Notes: generated by a model from the letters alone, not told the origin. A DNA stretch of 63,319 bases, filler included, from Octopus bimaculoides (GCF_001194135.2; 6 parts of 6 records of this genome joined end to end with filler, not necessarily neighbours in it), one strand, 5' to 3'; positions 50,388 to 63,089 are shown, numbered from the whole stretch's first letter. Program-made: numbers and translations.

Positions 50388-50567
50388 TTCTTGAAACTAC
50401 ATATCTATCAATTCTTCTCTCTCCTTCCTTCCTTCCCCCCTCTCTCTTTCTGCATATATATATAGGGAGTGAGAAAAACTTTGTTTAATTTTAATGAACG
50501 AAATTTGCTTAGATGTGACTCTATGAACTGCTTCGTCATCATTATTTGTTAGTCTGACTCGGCCCAG

Positions 50568-51010
50568 GTGACAGGCCTTGTTGGTCTATGTCTCCTTTCT
50601 CAAATCAGGGAACAGCTTCCAAACGTCTCTGTTGATCTTTTTAGGGACGACGATCTCTTGGCAGCAAATGACTTATCAAAACTGGAGGTCGAACTCATTA
50701 AGAAATCTCTAAAAAAATTGCTTTTGAATTTCGTTAATCGTAATATTGTATTGGCTATCGTCACTAGGATTGCGAACTTTTTAGGCGTCACATTTAATTT
50801 AAACACCAAATTATATTACCCTTACCCCAAACCAAATCAAACACTACAATATACACATGTTCATTCTAATCATCCTAAATTAACCCGAGGTGTTATTATT
50901 ACGGCCGACTCTATTGGAATCTCCAGCCTATCGGCAAAAGAGGTTTTTAATGCGTATACCCCATTTTATAATATGACCCCAAAATTAAGTGTCATTCAGG
51001 CACTGAACTC
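50568..51010 (+). mobile_element. Penelope-like element reverse transcriptase/thumb fragment
   Basis: VDLFRDDDL (cf. YRDDGL), NFLGVTFNL, YYPYPKPNQTLQYTHVHSNHP (cf. Y.PY.KPN...Y.H..SNHPP). Confidence 0.75.
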
Positions 51011-51409
51011 TGACTTCACTATGTGTCATAGAAGAAATAGCTGTAAGGTAATGGAAGTTCATAATATAACTATTTATTTATTTCTCACCTATGAGATGAG
51101 GAAAAAATCTTGTGTATTTAGGTGCGTCCATCTCTCTTTCTCTTTTGAAACTTTTGGTGTTCAGGTCTTATATAAAGTGGCATCGAACATGCTGCTCTTG
51201 GAGTCGGCATTGTTAGTGCACTTCATTGTTAGTGCTTCATCAGATGATATAGGTTATGACTTATTCAAACCTCAATTCCAGACTTTGTCAAGCAATATTC
51301 TATCTTTTATATTTTTGGACAGCAGAAATGGAGAGGTACAGTCTTTAAAGATTTAGTTGCACAAATCGACCTTAAATCTTATATTTTAAAGCCGGGTACT
51401 TATCTTATC

Positions 51410-51670
51410 GCTTTCTTCTCCACGTATCGATGCATTGCGGAGACATAAATAAAGGGACACCATTTGTCTGTCGGTGGTGAGGAATAAACATGTACAAATA
51501 CAGTCATAGATATATGAGAGTTTCACGGGCTTCTTTCCTGTTTCCCTTAATCAAATCCGTTCACACAATCCCTAGTTTTATAGAAGACACACATCCAAGG
51601 TGACATGCACTTACTGAACCTGGAATAATGTGATTGGGAAATAAACTGCTTGCCTCACATCCACGGCTGT
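51410..51670 (-). mobile_element. SINE family A, degenerate
   Basis: CGGGCTTCTTT...TATAGAAGACAC...CCAAGGTG...ACTGAACC blocks match family A. Confidence 0.6.
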
Positions 51671-51798
51671 GGTTTTTCCTTTCGTTCGATTTACCTTGAG
51701 ACTTTAATCTAAAAATACATATATTTTATCAATTTCGAAAATTACTATTAGTAAATATCTCAACGTGAGATATTCAGCAACAGTACTCTAGAGTAAAG

Positions 51799-52047
51799 AT
51801 TGTTTGCCAACATATCATGGCAGTCCTAGTTTAGGACGAGTTTTGCTGCAATTTAGCCCCAGGAGACATCGTCTCCAGCCGGCTATACGACACGATCTGT
51901 GTACTTTATCGAAAATATAAGAACGCAGACCGTGTCTTATAGTCAGCTGGAGACGATGACTCCTGGAGCATTACAGGAGCATTTGTTCTAAACATTACAG
52001 CAACATTAGTCCTAAACCAGGACTGTCATATTAAGTTGGCAAATAAT
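51799..52047. mobile_element. Palindromic (fold-back) element, about 250 bp
   Basis: The left arm 51799-51909 is an imperfect reverse complement of the right arm 51915-52047 over its whole length. Confidence 0.8.
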
Positions 52048-52451
52048 AGGTATCAATTTTGTCACAAAGGATTTTATCCAACGTAGCTTGAAATCCACTT
52101 CAGCTAGCCTTTGAAATATTTTTCACAATTTGAAAAAAAAAAAAAGGAAGAAATAGCAAGGCTCATTAAGCAGAATTTATTCACAAAAAGAATGATATTA
52201 CATATAACGGACATTGAGCTTTAAAGAAACGAAAATATACTGGCGTTATTCCAAGCTCCTTTGAGTTACACACATTTCATAACTTTATAACAATTTTCAA
52301 AACGGTTTCCTGTAGATGGTTCGCAATGTTTTTCTGTTATGGTACAATCGCATGTAAATTAAGATAAAAATTCAGCTAACATTTTTAACAAACACACGCA
52401 CGCACGCACATACGCGCGCGCACACACATACACACACACACAAACATGCCA

Positions 52452-52489
<38 letters not shown>

Positions 52490-52739
52490 CACATACTCAC
52501 ATGCGCACGCATATGCTTACTTCCCATTTCTTAGTATGTGTAATAAATAATTCCGGCGTCTTATTATCATCATTGCTTTACTTAATAACACACACAAGCA
52601 GACAGCTGTGTTTAATATATGTTTAGTTTTGTTTCTGCGCTTTCCAATTATTTTGGAAGTCACTCACTGTAATATATGCACATAGCTTACCACCTCTAGA
52701 TTTCATTTGTGTATTTGTTATATGTACAGACCTTAGAAT

Positions 52740-53230
52740 TTCCGTTCTACATTTATCTACATCTTTTTAAATAATTCTAAATCACCTATTATTATGGAGA
52801 TTGTTTCTACTTCAATTCCCAAGTCTTGTTATTTTTATTTGCTGTTCTTTGTATTTCGATACATTCCCAATTTCTTTCGTAGATACAACACGGTATTCTC
52901 GGCTTGATACTTAAGGTGGGAAGCATTTATTTTACGTGTTCATTGAAAATGAGATCTGGTCAATTTGCATTGACCTCTTTGTCATTGTAGATTAACATAT
53001 CCCGGACAAGGAACATTTTATCATTCCTTTCAACATTTTCCTTTTGCTGCTTATGCCTTCTTTTGTCTGCTGGCATTTCAAAATATTGATGTAACTTTCA
53101 GAATACTGAAGGTTAAAATCTGTCGTGCCTCTATACGCTTTACCTCTTCGATTAGATTATGAAGTGAAGAGCAATGCAATCATGTCTGCTCAAAACGCAG
53201 TTATTCTGAAACTGAACAGTTTCTAATTCT
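52740..53230 (-). mobile_element. Old R4/Dong-like REL endonuclease fragment
   Basis: Minus-strand ENDKMFLVRDMLIYNDKEVNAN*PDLIF and SKYKEQQIKITRL...TISIIIGDL. Confidence 0.6.
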
Positions 53231-53589
53231 TCATAATGTCATAGAATACGCAAGAGAATTGGGTATCGTTCTTACTTATTATTTTGAACCCTCATCGACT
53301 GTATAAAATTCCATTTGCAAATGAGTGTGTTGTTTGGGAAGGAAGTCCTGCCATCCATTCAATACGTGTAAAGATGGTGGACGGTTGCAAAAAATGGTTA
53401 GAGTGAATGGCCCTATTCTATAGATTACAGAGCAAGAATAGTGAGAGGGATTTGTACAGTTCCTTCATTGGCCATAACGGGATTTTTTTTTCCTCTGTAA
53501 CAGTTCTCAACTGTTTAATTCATGTTCTCACATACTTTGTGTATTATATATGCTTTTACCGTATTTGATCGACTTTTCCATTTCTTTCT

Positions 53590-54295
53590 TCTCATCCTTA
53601 ATAGTTTGATGGAAGGCGTCAGCTGTCCACAGCCAGCAGACTAAGGTGACGCTTGTTAGCGGGTCATGCTTCAACAACCATGCGAAGAATTCTTGCACTT
53701 CGAAGCTATGTTGAGTTTTTTAAGTGATCTACCTTCACATCTGCACCGATCTTTTCCAGCCATGTTGGTAGTTGATTTCTGATACTACAAAGTGCACCAA
53801 TTACTATTGGTATCACGGATTCTCTCTTCATTGACTACAACCTTCGTATCTCCCACTTCAAATCGTCATACTTGCTAATTGTTTTTTCTTCTTCTTTCAC
53901 ATTGATCCTGTTGTCACAGGGTCATGCTAAGTCAATTATCATATTTGTGCTTTCTGTTTCATTCACCTCAGCAGTGTCCGATTTCAGATGCCTGGTCGAG
54001 TGATCGCACTGGATCATTATTTCCCCCACAGGATTTTGCAATTCACATTTTCGCTGACTTTTTCTGGAGTATTCTCATTACCATATTTGCTCTGTGTAAA
54101 CCGTGATTTCCAACAGAGCTCCCAATAGATCATTCTTGCCACATTTTCACGGCTTCTTTTGTATTCGCGATATGTAAATTTCGGGAATTCGCGAACTATT
54201 CGCCATACATTTTCAGCTCTTTCACCACACATTCTGCATTTGTCGCTATCCGTAGTGTTGTCTATTCTGCACTTCATATTATTGGTCCTTAACGC
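53590..54295 (-). mobile_element. 5'-truncated R4/Dong-like element (CCHC, REL, 3' UTR)
   Basis: EALRTNNMKCRIDNTTDSDKCRMCGERAENVWRIV...VARMIYWELC; the 3' UTR GTCACCTTAGT resembles that of 39173-40288. Confidence 0.8.
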
Positions 54296-54388
54296 TTCTT
54301 CTTCTTCTTCTTCTTCTTCTTCTTCTTCTTCTTCTTCTTCTTCTTCTTCTTCTTCTTCTTCTTCTTCTTCTTCTTCTTCTTCTTCTTC
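54296..54388 (+). repeat. (TTC)n microsatellite
   Basis: Read directly from the sequence. Confidence 0.95.
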
Positions 54389-54488
54389 NNNNNNNNNNNN
54401 NNNNNNNNNNNNNNNNNNNNNNNNNNNNNNNNTTAATTAATTAANNNNNNNNNNNNNNNNNNNNNNNNNNNNNNNNNNNNNNNNNNNN
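54389..54488. other. Artificial scaffold-joining spacer
   Basis: N44-TTAATTAATTAA-N44. Confidence 0.95.
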
Positions 54489-54522
<34 letters not shown>

Positions 54523-54739
54523 GTATATATACTTCCTATAACACACACACACACTCATATATACACATAAATAAATATATCCATATGTCTCTCTATACAT
54601 ACACATATATACACACACACATATATGTATATTTATATGCATATATACTCATGTATATATATATATATATATATGTATATACATATATTCATATAAATGC
54701 ATACATACATTACATATAGCTTTCATCGGCATTTTATGT

Positions 54740-55180
54740 AGAATCATTCTCTATCGCAGCATTCAAGTATTCTGTGAATCTTTTATTCATGTATTCTATA
54801 CTTACTTCCCGCCACCTCCAAAAGAGTAAATAAATAATAATAAAAAAAACAACAAAACAAATAAATATACAAATAAAATAAACTGTCTGTTGTTTGCTTA
54901 TCTTTCAATGTAGATAACACGATGAAGTTTCCTTCATTCATGTATTCTAGCCAATCTATTATTCATATATTCTATACGTATGTACTCCATAATACCTTCC
55001 CATGTTTATCTTCGATGCTAGATACACAACCAAAACCTCCTACATTCATGTATTCTGTAAATCTATTATTCATTTGATTCCTTATCAGCCGCGACATCCG
55101 ATGTTTATCTTCAATGTCGATAACAACGCGGTTTCAATAATATCATTCGGTTATTCTGTAAATCTATTATTCATATATAT
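54740..55180 (+). repeat. Degenerate minisatellite, about 105-110 bp period, 3-4 units
   Basis: Recurring TGTTTATCTTCAATG...CATTCATGTATTCTGTAAATCTATTATTCAT. Confidence 0.7.
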
Positions 55181-55436
55181 ATATTTCATATCTATTACAA
55201 CAGTTGACGTTTAATCTCCCTATAAGGATCAATAAGTTATCTTAACCCTGAATCTATTCGAAATCAAATACTTCTTTTTCTAAGTATTTCATTGAAACTT
55301 TAATAGAAACTTCCAGTTTATAAATTCTCTTACATGGTGCAGCTGTTGTTGTTTTTTTTTATTTACGCACATATGTAAATATTTTTATAAATAAAATCCA
55401 TCTTCCTTATAGAGATGTGAAAGATGATTTCGCTTT

Positions 55437-55483
55437 TCGCAGCTGACGATGTGCAATAACGTAGAAACACATACGTCTTACGA
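55437..55483 (+). ncRNA. Candidate minimal type I hammerhead ribozyme
   Basis: tcgcag-CTGACGA-tgtg-caataa-cgta-GAAAC-acatac-GTC-ttacga. All conserved core nucleotides are present; helices I and II are imperfect. Confidence 0.5.
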
Positions 55484-55731
55484 TCGATTAGTTTATTCAT
55501 AGTTGAATATGTTTTCACACATTTTGTCTAAGAAAAAATATTTTCTGACAGGATCATTTCAGCAGCGTTTTGTCTTCCCACATCAGAGTGTAGCAGAAAA
55601 AGTTAAATACGTTTGTACAATTATTATATATTTATATCATATTTGTTAAATTCCGCTTTTTGTAAGTTGTTAATTTATTCCAACTTGATGAAGTTTGGCA
55701 TGCATCAGAAAATGTACTACTTACCGTACTT

Positions 55732-55836
<105 letters not shown>

Positions 55837-55915
55837 AAGCAAGGTTTGAAGGGAATAGTAGTCATTTGCTTTGATAAAAGCAAATAGGAAATAACACTAA
55901 CTGATGTTAGTGTTA

Positions 55916-56044
55916 TTTCTAATTTTGCACAAGGCCAGAAATTTCAGGAAAGGGTTTAAGTCGATTACATCGACCCCAGTGCTTCACTGGTATTTATATT
56001 CTCGACCCCGAAAGGGACGAAATGCAAACTCAACCTCGGCTAAA
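55916..56044 (-). mobile_element. SINE family B partial, 129-bp duplicate of 56593-56721
   Basis: One mismatch in 129 bp. Confidence 0.85.
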
Positions 56045-56592
56045 CGTAAATATTTAATTTTTTTTTATACAGTGTTATTCATAATAAGTGACAAAACATG
56101 GTTTGACAAACTAAAACCTAAGCAATTCTGACAAAACTTATATATAAATATCTTTATTATTCTATAAAGATTGGATTTTATTTTAAAAATGATAACAAAA
56201 AATAAAATATTTAACTAACTGGTTTTAAGAATTACGTCTATAAAATTTAAAGAAAAATTTATAACCAAATTTTGTGTATATTATGAAGAATAACTCTTAA
56301 TGTGATATAAGAATGTTTTAAACATTTCTTTCATTTAAATTGTATTCTAATCGATAAAATTAAAGTGTTTTGTAGACATTTATCTGTTGTTCCTAAAAGC
56401 AATATGTAATATGTAAAGATATTATTATGAAATTAAATGTAAATAAATGTATTAGAAAATACAGCTATTTGATGGCGTCGGACTGAAATTATTAAAATAT
56501 GAAGAATTATTGGAGTGTAATTGGAGTCGAAACAGGTAGGAATTTGAAATGTGATTGGAGATGTTGTAGAGTAATAGGATCTTAGATATTGG

Positions 56593-56805
56593 TTTCTAAT
56601 TTTGCACAAGGCCAGAAATTTCAGGAAAGGGTTTAAGTCGATTACATCGACCCCAGTGCTTCACTGGCATTTATATTCTCGACCCCGAAAGGGACGAAAT
56701 GCAAACTCAACCTCGGCTAAATTTGAAATCAGAATCTGAAGACAGACGAAGTACCACTAGGCATTTTGCTCGCCGGGCTAAATCTTCTGCCAGCTCACTG
56801 CCTTC
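56593..56805 (-). mobile_element. SINE family B, full length
   Basis: On minus: GGCAGTGAGCTGGCAGAAG head, GAGTTTGCATTTCGTCCCTTTCGGGGTCGAG centre, GGCCTTGTGC tail. Confidence 0.75.
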
Positions 56806-57301
56806 TTTGTTTTAAAATCACTACAATTGTTTCGACACATATTTACACCTATAGTACATATAGTCTATCATAATATCTATTTATATAACCTCTACGCATA
56901 CTATGGATTTCCTGATGTACATCCAAAGCTAAAACCATCTCTACTGTATTATGTCATACAGCCAATAAATGTGAGCGAGCATGCATAGCATACTAAAAGG
57001 TTTTTTTACCCGAAACACACGCATATATATATTCTCTACATATGTTTTTCAAAATATATAGTTATTTTCATATTCGTACAATTTTATTGGTTATCAACGC
57101 TCAAATCTTACCCTCAAGTATTTTTTCTATATTTCATAACTTCACACTAACGCAATTTAATTGCTTCTGTTTAATAACATATTTGTTTAAATTTAATTTC
57201 ATAATGTCATTATTTTTGCATATTGTATATTTCTTTTAGCAACAACAGATATTTTAGACACTCAGGTTTTATCGATTCGAAAACAACTTGAACAAGGGAA
57301 T

Positions 57302-57339
<38 letters not shown>

Positions 57340-57685
57340 TGAATATTAAATAAAGAGTTATTATTCTGCAGAATCTAATGACGGCGAATTTGTAAAATCG
57401 TTTGTGCGGCGGACTCAAATGCTGAGGTATAGTTATGTTAAGAAAGAGTTAATGTGAAGGAATTGCTACGTGTGTGAGCTTTTTACTATATCTATGCTTT
57501 TTCTACATATTGTGTGTATATATGTGTAAGTATAATATATTTCGTTATTCATGCATGTGTTTGTGTGTGTAAGTCTGAATGTGTTTGCGCGTACTGGTTG
57601 GCAGGAGCAATAAATGTCTCAAGACAAAAACAAAAACAAAAGAAAACGTAAAGGTAAATATATAGAGAGAGACAAAAAACTGTGA

Positions 57686-57722
<37 letters not shown>

Positions 57723-57921
57723 AGAGCGAGAGAGAGAGAGAGTATGGAAGTTAAAGATAAAGAAAGGCAAATGAGAGAGATAACTAGAAAATGAAAGAAG
57801 AAAAAATATTAGTTTTTATGAGGTGAAAAAAGGGGGAGAGAGTGAGGCAGTGAGAGAAGGAGCGAGAGAGAGAGAAAGGCAGACAGAGAGAAGAGGATAG
57901 AGAAAAATTGATAACCATGGA

Positions 57922-57966
<45 letters not shown>

Positions 57967-58929
57967 NNNNNNNNNNNNNNNNNNNNNNNNNNNNNNNNNN
58001 NNNNNNNNNNNNNNNNNNNNNNNNNNNNNNNNNNNNNNNNNNNNNNNNNNNNNNNNNNNNNNNNNNNNNNNNNNNNNNNNNNNNNNNNNNNNNNNNNNNN
58101 NNNNNNNNNNNNNNNNNNNNNNNNNNNNNNNNNNNNNNNNNNNNNNNNNNNNNNNNNNNNNNNNNNNNNNNNNNNNNNNNNNNNNNNNNNNNNNNNNNNN
58201 NNNNNNNNNNNNNNNNNNNNNNNNNNNNNNNNNNNNNNNNNNNNNNNNNNNNNNNNNNNNNNNNNNNNNNNNNNNNNNNNNNNNNNNNNNNNNNNNNNNN
58301 NNNNNNNNNNNNNNNNNNNNNNNNNNNNNNNNNNNNNNNNNNNNNNNNNNNNNNNNNNNNNNNNNNNNNNNNNNNNNNNNNNNNNNNNNNNNNNNNNNNN
58401 NNNNNNNNNNNNNNNNNNNNNNNNNNNNNNNNNNNNNNNNNNNNNNNNNNNNNNNNNNNNNNNNNNNNNNNNNNNNNNNNNNNNNNNNNNNNNNNNNNNN
58501 NNNNNNNNNNNNNNNNNNNNNNNNNNNNNNNNNNNNNNNNNNNNNNNNNNNNNNNNNNNNNNNNNNNNNNNNNNNNNNNNNNNNNNNNNNNNNNNNNNNN
58601 NNNNNNNNNNNNNNNNNNNNNNNNNNNNNNNNNNNNNNNNNNNNNNNNNNNNNNNNNNNNNNNNNNNNNNNNNNNNNNNNNNNNNNNNNNNNNNNNNNNN
58701 NNNNNNNNNNNNNNNNNNNNNNNNNNNNNNNNNNNNNNNNNNNNNNNNNNNNNNNNNNNNNNNNNNNNNNNNNNNNNNNNNNNNNNNNNNNNNNNNNNNN
58801 NNNNNNNNNNNNNNNNNNNNNNNNNNNNNATCTCTTTTCTAGACGGTTGGGCTACATGTTAGCATTCAAACACCGGAGAAAAAAAACCCAAAATACTTCA
58901 AGCTACGAAACCAGTTCAAAATGCGAAAG

Positions 58930-59220
58930 CATCGGAGCACTCGGGACAACGATCCTCGCTTGCGTGGGTTCAGTTTGAGGTTGCAGTGAGGGTTTTTGTT
59001 GGTCGATCCTGCTGGATCTCACTCACTCTTCCTGTTTCTGTTGTACCTGTATTTCAAAGGGCCAGCTTTGTCACACACTGTGTCACGCTGAATCTCCCCC
59101 GAGAACCCCGTTAAGGGTACACGTGTCTGCAGAGTGCTCAGCCACTTGCACGTTAATTTCACGAGCAGTTGATCGGATCAACTGTAACCCTTGTCATCGC
59201 AACCGACGAAGTGCCATAGT
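58930..59220 (+). mobile_element. Probable SINE of a further family (single copy here)
   Basis: GC-richer island with a GTGGGTTCAG B-box-like motif and GCCACTTGCACGTTAATTTCACGAGCAG...GATCGGATCAACTG, recalled as a cephalopod interspersed repeat. Confidence 0.4.
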
Positions 59221-60719
59221 AATGTATCATTATACAAATGATTTTTCTGTTGTTGTTTTTGTTGTTATTTCTGTTGTTGTTCTTGATGATGATGCTAGAT
59301 TCCCTTGTTTATAAACTAAACGAAATCCTTTTGCAGAATTATGACGTTGATGTAGGAGGCGGCGAATCTATCTTTTCTATACCAGACGGCGTACAAAAGA
59401 CAAACTTCCATACAGTTTCGGTTTCCGAAATGAAAACTTACTTAATACAAGACTAGCGTCCACCACATTTTACATTGATCGAACTGCTGCGTTGGTGATT
59501 CGATCCCATTTTTCATAATTGCAAAGCAAAATTAATTCAGCGCTTGGCCTAGACTTCTCGGAAACTGTACGCTTTTATATTCCATATACGAACAGGCATA
59601 TACGCACGGACAGATACAAAATTATTCGCATAGAGAATCATTACATACGCAAAACGAAACGTATCTATAAACTCATACACATGCAACATATTATATACAT
59701 ATATATGTATGTGCGCTTGTGTGTGTATATATAAATGTGTATGTATATATTTAAACACATATATGAGCATATATATATATATATANNNNNNNNNNNNNNN
59801 NNNNNNNNNNNNNNNNNNNNNNNNNNNNNNNNNNNNNNNNNNNNNNNNNNNNNNNNNNNNNNNNNNNNNNNNNNNNNNNNNNNNNNNNNNNNNNNNNNNN
59901 NNNNNNNNNNNNNNNNNNNNNNNNNNNNNNNNNNNNNNNNNNNNNNNNNNNNNNNNNNNNNNNNNNNNNNNNNNNNNNNNNNNNNNNNNNNNNNNNNNNN
60001 NNNNNNNNNNNNNNNNNNNNNNNNNNNNNNNNNNNNNNNNNNNNNNNNNNNNNNNNNNNNNNNNNNNNNNNNNNNNNNNNNNNNNNNNNNNNNNNNNNNN
60101 NNNNNNNNNNNNNNNNNNNNNNNNNNNNNNNNNNNNNNNNNNNNNNNNNNNNNNNNNNNNNNNNNNNNNNNNNNNNNNNNNNNNNNNNNNNNNNNNNNNN
60201 NNNNNNNNNNNNNNNNNNNNNNNNNNNNNNNNNNNNNNNNNNNNNNNNNNNNNNNNNNNNNNNNNNNNNNNNNNNNNNNNNNNNNNNNNNNNNNNNNNNN
60301 NNNNNNNNNNNNNNNNNNNNNNNNNNNNNNNNNNNNNNNNNNNNNNNNNNNNNNNNNNNNNNNNNNNNNNNNNNNNNNNNNNNNNNNNNNNNNNNNNNNN
60401 NNNNNNNNNNNNNNNNNNNNNNNNNNNNNNNNNNNNNNNNNNNNNNNNNNNNNNNNNNNNNNNNNNNNNNNNNNNNNNNNNNNNNNNNNNNNNNNNNNNN
60501 NNNNNNNNNNNNNNNNNNNNNNNNNNNNNNNNNNNNNNNNNNNNNNNNNNNNNNNNNNNNNNNNNNNNNNNNNNNNNNNNNNNNNNNNNNNNNNNNNNNN
60601 NNNNNNNNNNNNNNNNNNNNNNNNNNNNNNNNNNNNNNNNNNNNNNNNNNNNNNNNNNNNNNNNNNNNNNNNNNNNNNNNNNNNNNNNNNNNNNNNNNNN
60701 NNNNNNNNNNNNNNNNNNN

Positions 60720-60764
<45 letters not shown>

Positions 60765-61169
60765 CACGTACGCACATGCATATATATATATATATATATA
60801 TAGATAGATATATATATAGAGAGAGAGAGAGAGAGAAAGAGAGAGAGTGAGAGAGAGAAGATAAGTCTTCTAGGTGAACACATGCAATTATTTTACCAGT
60901 TGAATTGTTTTACATTCCTGGATTTCAACATTTTCTTTTGTTTGGTTTTGATTTTCTCCACCACCACACAACTCCCCCTCCCATCATACCCCAACCACAA
61001 CCAATACTACCACTACCAAGATTGCCATTAATCCGTTCGCTCTTAAACCACCAATTCCACTATCACCAAAACCACTGCTACCACCACCACCACCACCACA
61101 AACATCACCAGCACCACCACTAGCATTGTCACTTCTACTACTACCACCAGCACCTGCAATAATAGTCCC

Positions 61170-61380
61170 CTTTCTACTAAAGGCACAAGGCCTGGAATTT
61201 GGGGTGAGGGATGAGTCGATTACATTAACCTCAGTGCTTTACTGGTACTTAATTTATCGATCCCGAAAGGATGAAAGGCAAAGTCGACCACTGTGTAATT
61301 TGAACTCAGAACGTAAAGACGGACGAAATGTCTTTAAGCATTTCGCCCAGAGTGCTAATTTTTCTAGCTCGCCGCCTTAA
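61170..61380 (-). mobile_element. SINE family B, full length
   Basis: On minus: GGCGGCGAGCTAG head, CTGAGTTCAAAT B box, GTCGACTTTGCCTTTCATCCTTTCGGGATCGATAAATTAAGTACCAGT. Confidence 0.8.
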
Positions 61381-62491
61381 TAACAATAACAACAACAACA
61401 ATAATAATAATAATAATGATTTCAAGTTTTTGCTACAAGGGCAGCTTACGAAAGGAGATTAAGCCAATTACATCGAGCCTTAGGCTGACCACAATCTTCT
61501 GAGTGGATTTGATAGACGGAAACTGAAAGGTGCATGTCATATGTGCANNNNNNNNNNNNNNNNNNNNNNNNNNNNNNNNNNNNNNNNNNNNNNNNNNNNN
61601 NNNNNNNNNNNNNNNNNNNNNNNNNNNNNNNNNNNNNNNNNNNNNNNNNNNNNNNNNNNNNNNNNNNNNNNNNNNNNNNNNNNNNNNNNNNNNNNNNNNN
61701 NNNNNNNNNNNNNNNNNNNNNNNNNNNNNNNNNNNNNNNNNNNNNNNNNNNNNNNNNNNNNNNNNNNNNNNNNNNNNNNNNNNNNNNNNNNNNNNNNNNN
61801 NNNNNNNNNNNNNNNNNNNNNNNNNNNNNNNNNNNNNNNNNNNNNNNNNNNNNNNNNNNNNNNNNNNNNNNNNNNNNNNNNNNNNNNNNNNNNNNNNNNN
61901 NNNNNNNNNNNNNNNNNNNNNNNNNNNNNNNNNNNNNNNNNNNNNNNNNNNNNNNNNNNNNNNNNNNNNNNNNNNNNNNNNNNNNNNNNNNNNNNNNNNN
62001 NNNNNNNNNNNNNNNNNNNNNNNNNNNNNNNNNNNNNNNNNNNNNNNNNNNNNNNNNNNNNNNNNNNNNNNNNNNNNNNNNNNNNNNNNNNNNNNNNNNN
62101 NNNNNNNNNNNNNNNNNNNNNNNNNNNNNNNNNNNNNNNNNNNNNNNNNNNNNNNNNNNNNNNNNNNNNNNNNNNNNNNNNNNNNNNNNNNNNNNNNNNN
62201 NNNNNNNNNNNNNNNNNNNNNNNNNNNNNNNNNNNNNNNNNNNNNNNNNNNNNNNNNNNNNNNNNNNNNNNNNNNNNNNNNNNNNNNNNNNNNNNNNNNN
62301 NNNNNNNNNNNNNNNNNNNNNNNNNNNNNNNNNNNNNNNNNNNNNNNNNNNNNNNNNNNNNNNNNNNNNNNNNNNNNNNNNNNNNNNNNNNNNNNNNNNN
62401 NNNNNNNNNNNNNNNNNNNNNNNNNNNNNNNNNNNNNNNNNNNNNNNNNNNNNNNNNNNNNNNNNNNNNNNNNNNNNNNNNNNNNNNNNNN

Positions 62492-62593
<102 letters not shown>

Positions 62594-63052
62594 GTTATTT
62601 TATGTAGATAGCATCATTTACGTACAAACACACTTGCTAGAAGAAATACATTCATATACAAAGTCACATAAAGACCAGAATTACGTAAATAAAGTTGTAT
62701 TCGTAGCACGTGTGCACACACACACACACAGTTAAATAAACATATACCCAGATGCACAAATATAAACAATGTACATACACACAAACACACAGCGTGTATA
62801 TGTGTGTGTGTTTGTGTGAATGTGGTTTCTTCACTGTAGGTAAATGAGAAGTTTGGATCTTAGACAAGACTATGTAGTTATAGAAGACGCACCTGTCTTC
62901 ATTAGTCACTGAACATTGCTAACGCAAGCAATATATATATGTATATATATAATGTATGTATGAGTGTTTGAGTAGGTAGGTAGGTAGGTAGATGGATGGA
63001 TGGATAGGTAGGTAGATGGATGGATAGATAGACAGACAGACAGATAGGTAGG

Positions 63053-63089
<37 letters not shown>

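Noticed and set aside
51195-51245. CTGATGA plus a 5-bp stem on the minus strand near the Penelope RT
   Set aside because: GAAA is missing, replaced by a local GCACTAACAATG duplication; helices I and III cannot be formed.
51010-51356. C-terminal half of the 262-aa ORF 50568-51356
   Set aside because: Similarity to Penelope RT ends near 51010; the remainder looks like chance read-through.
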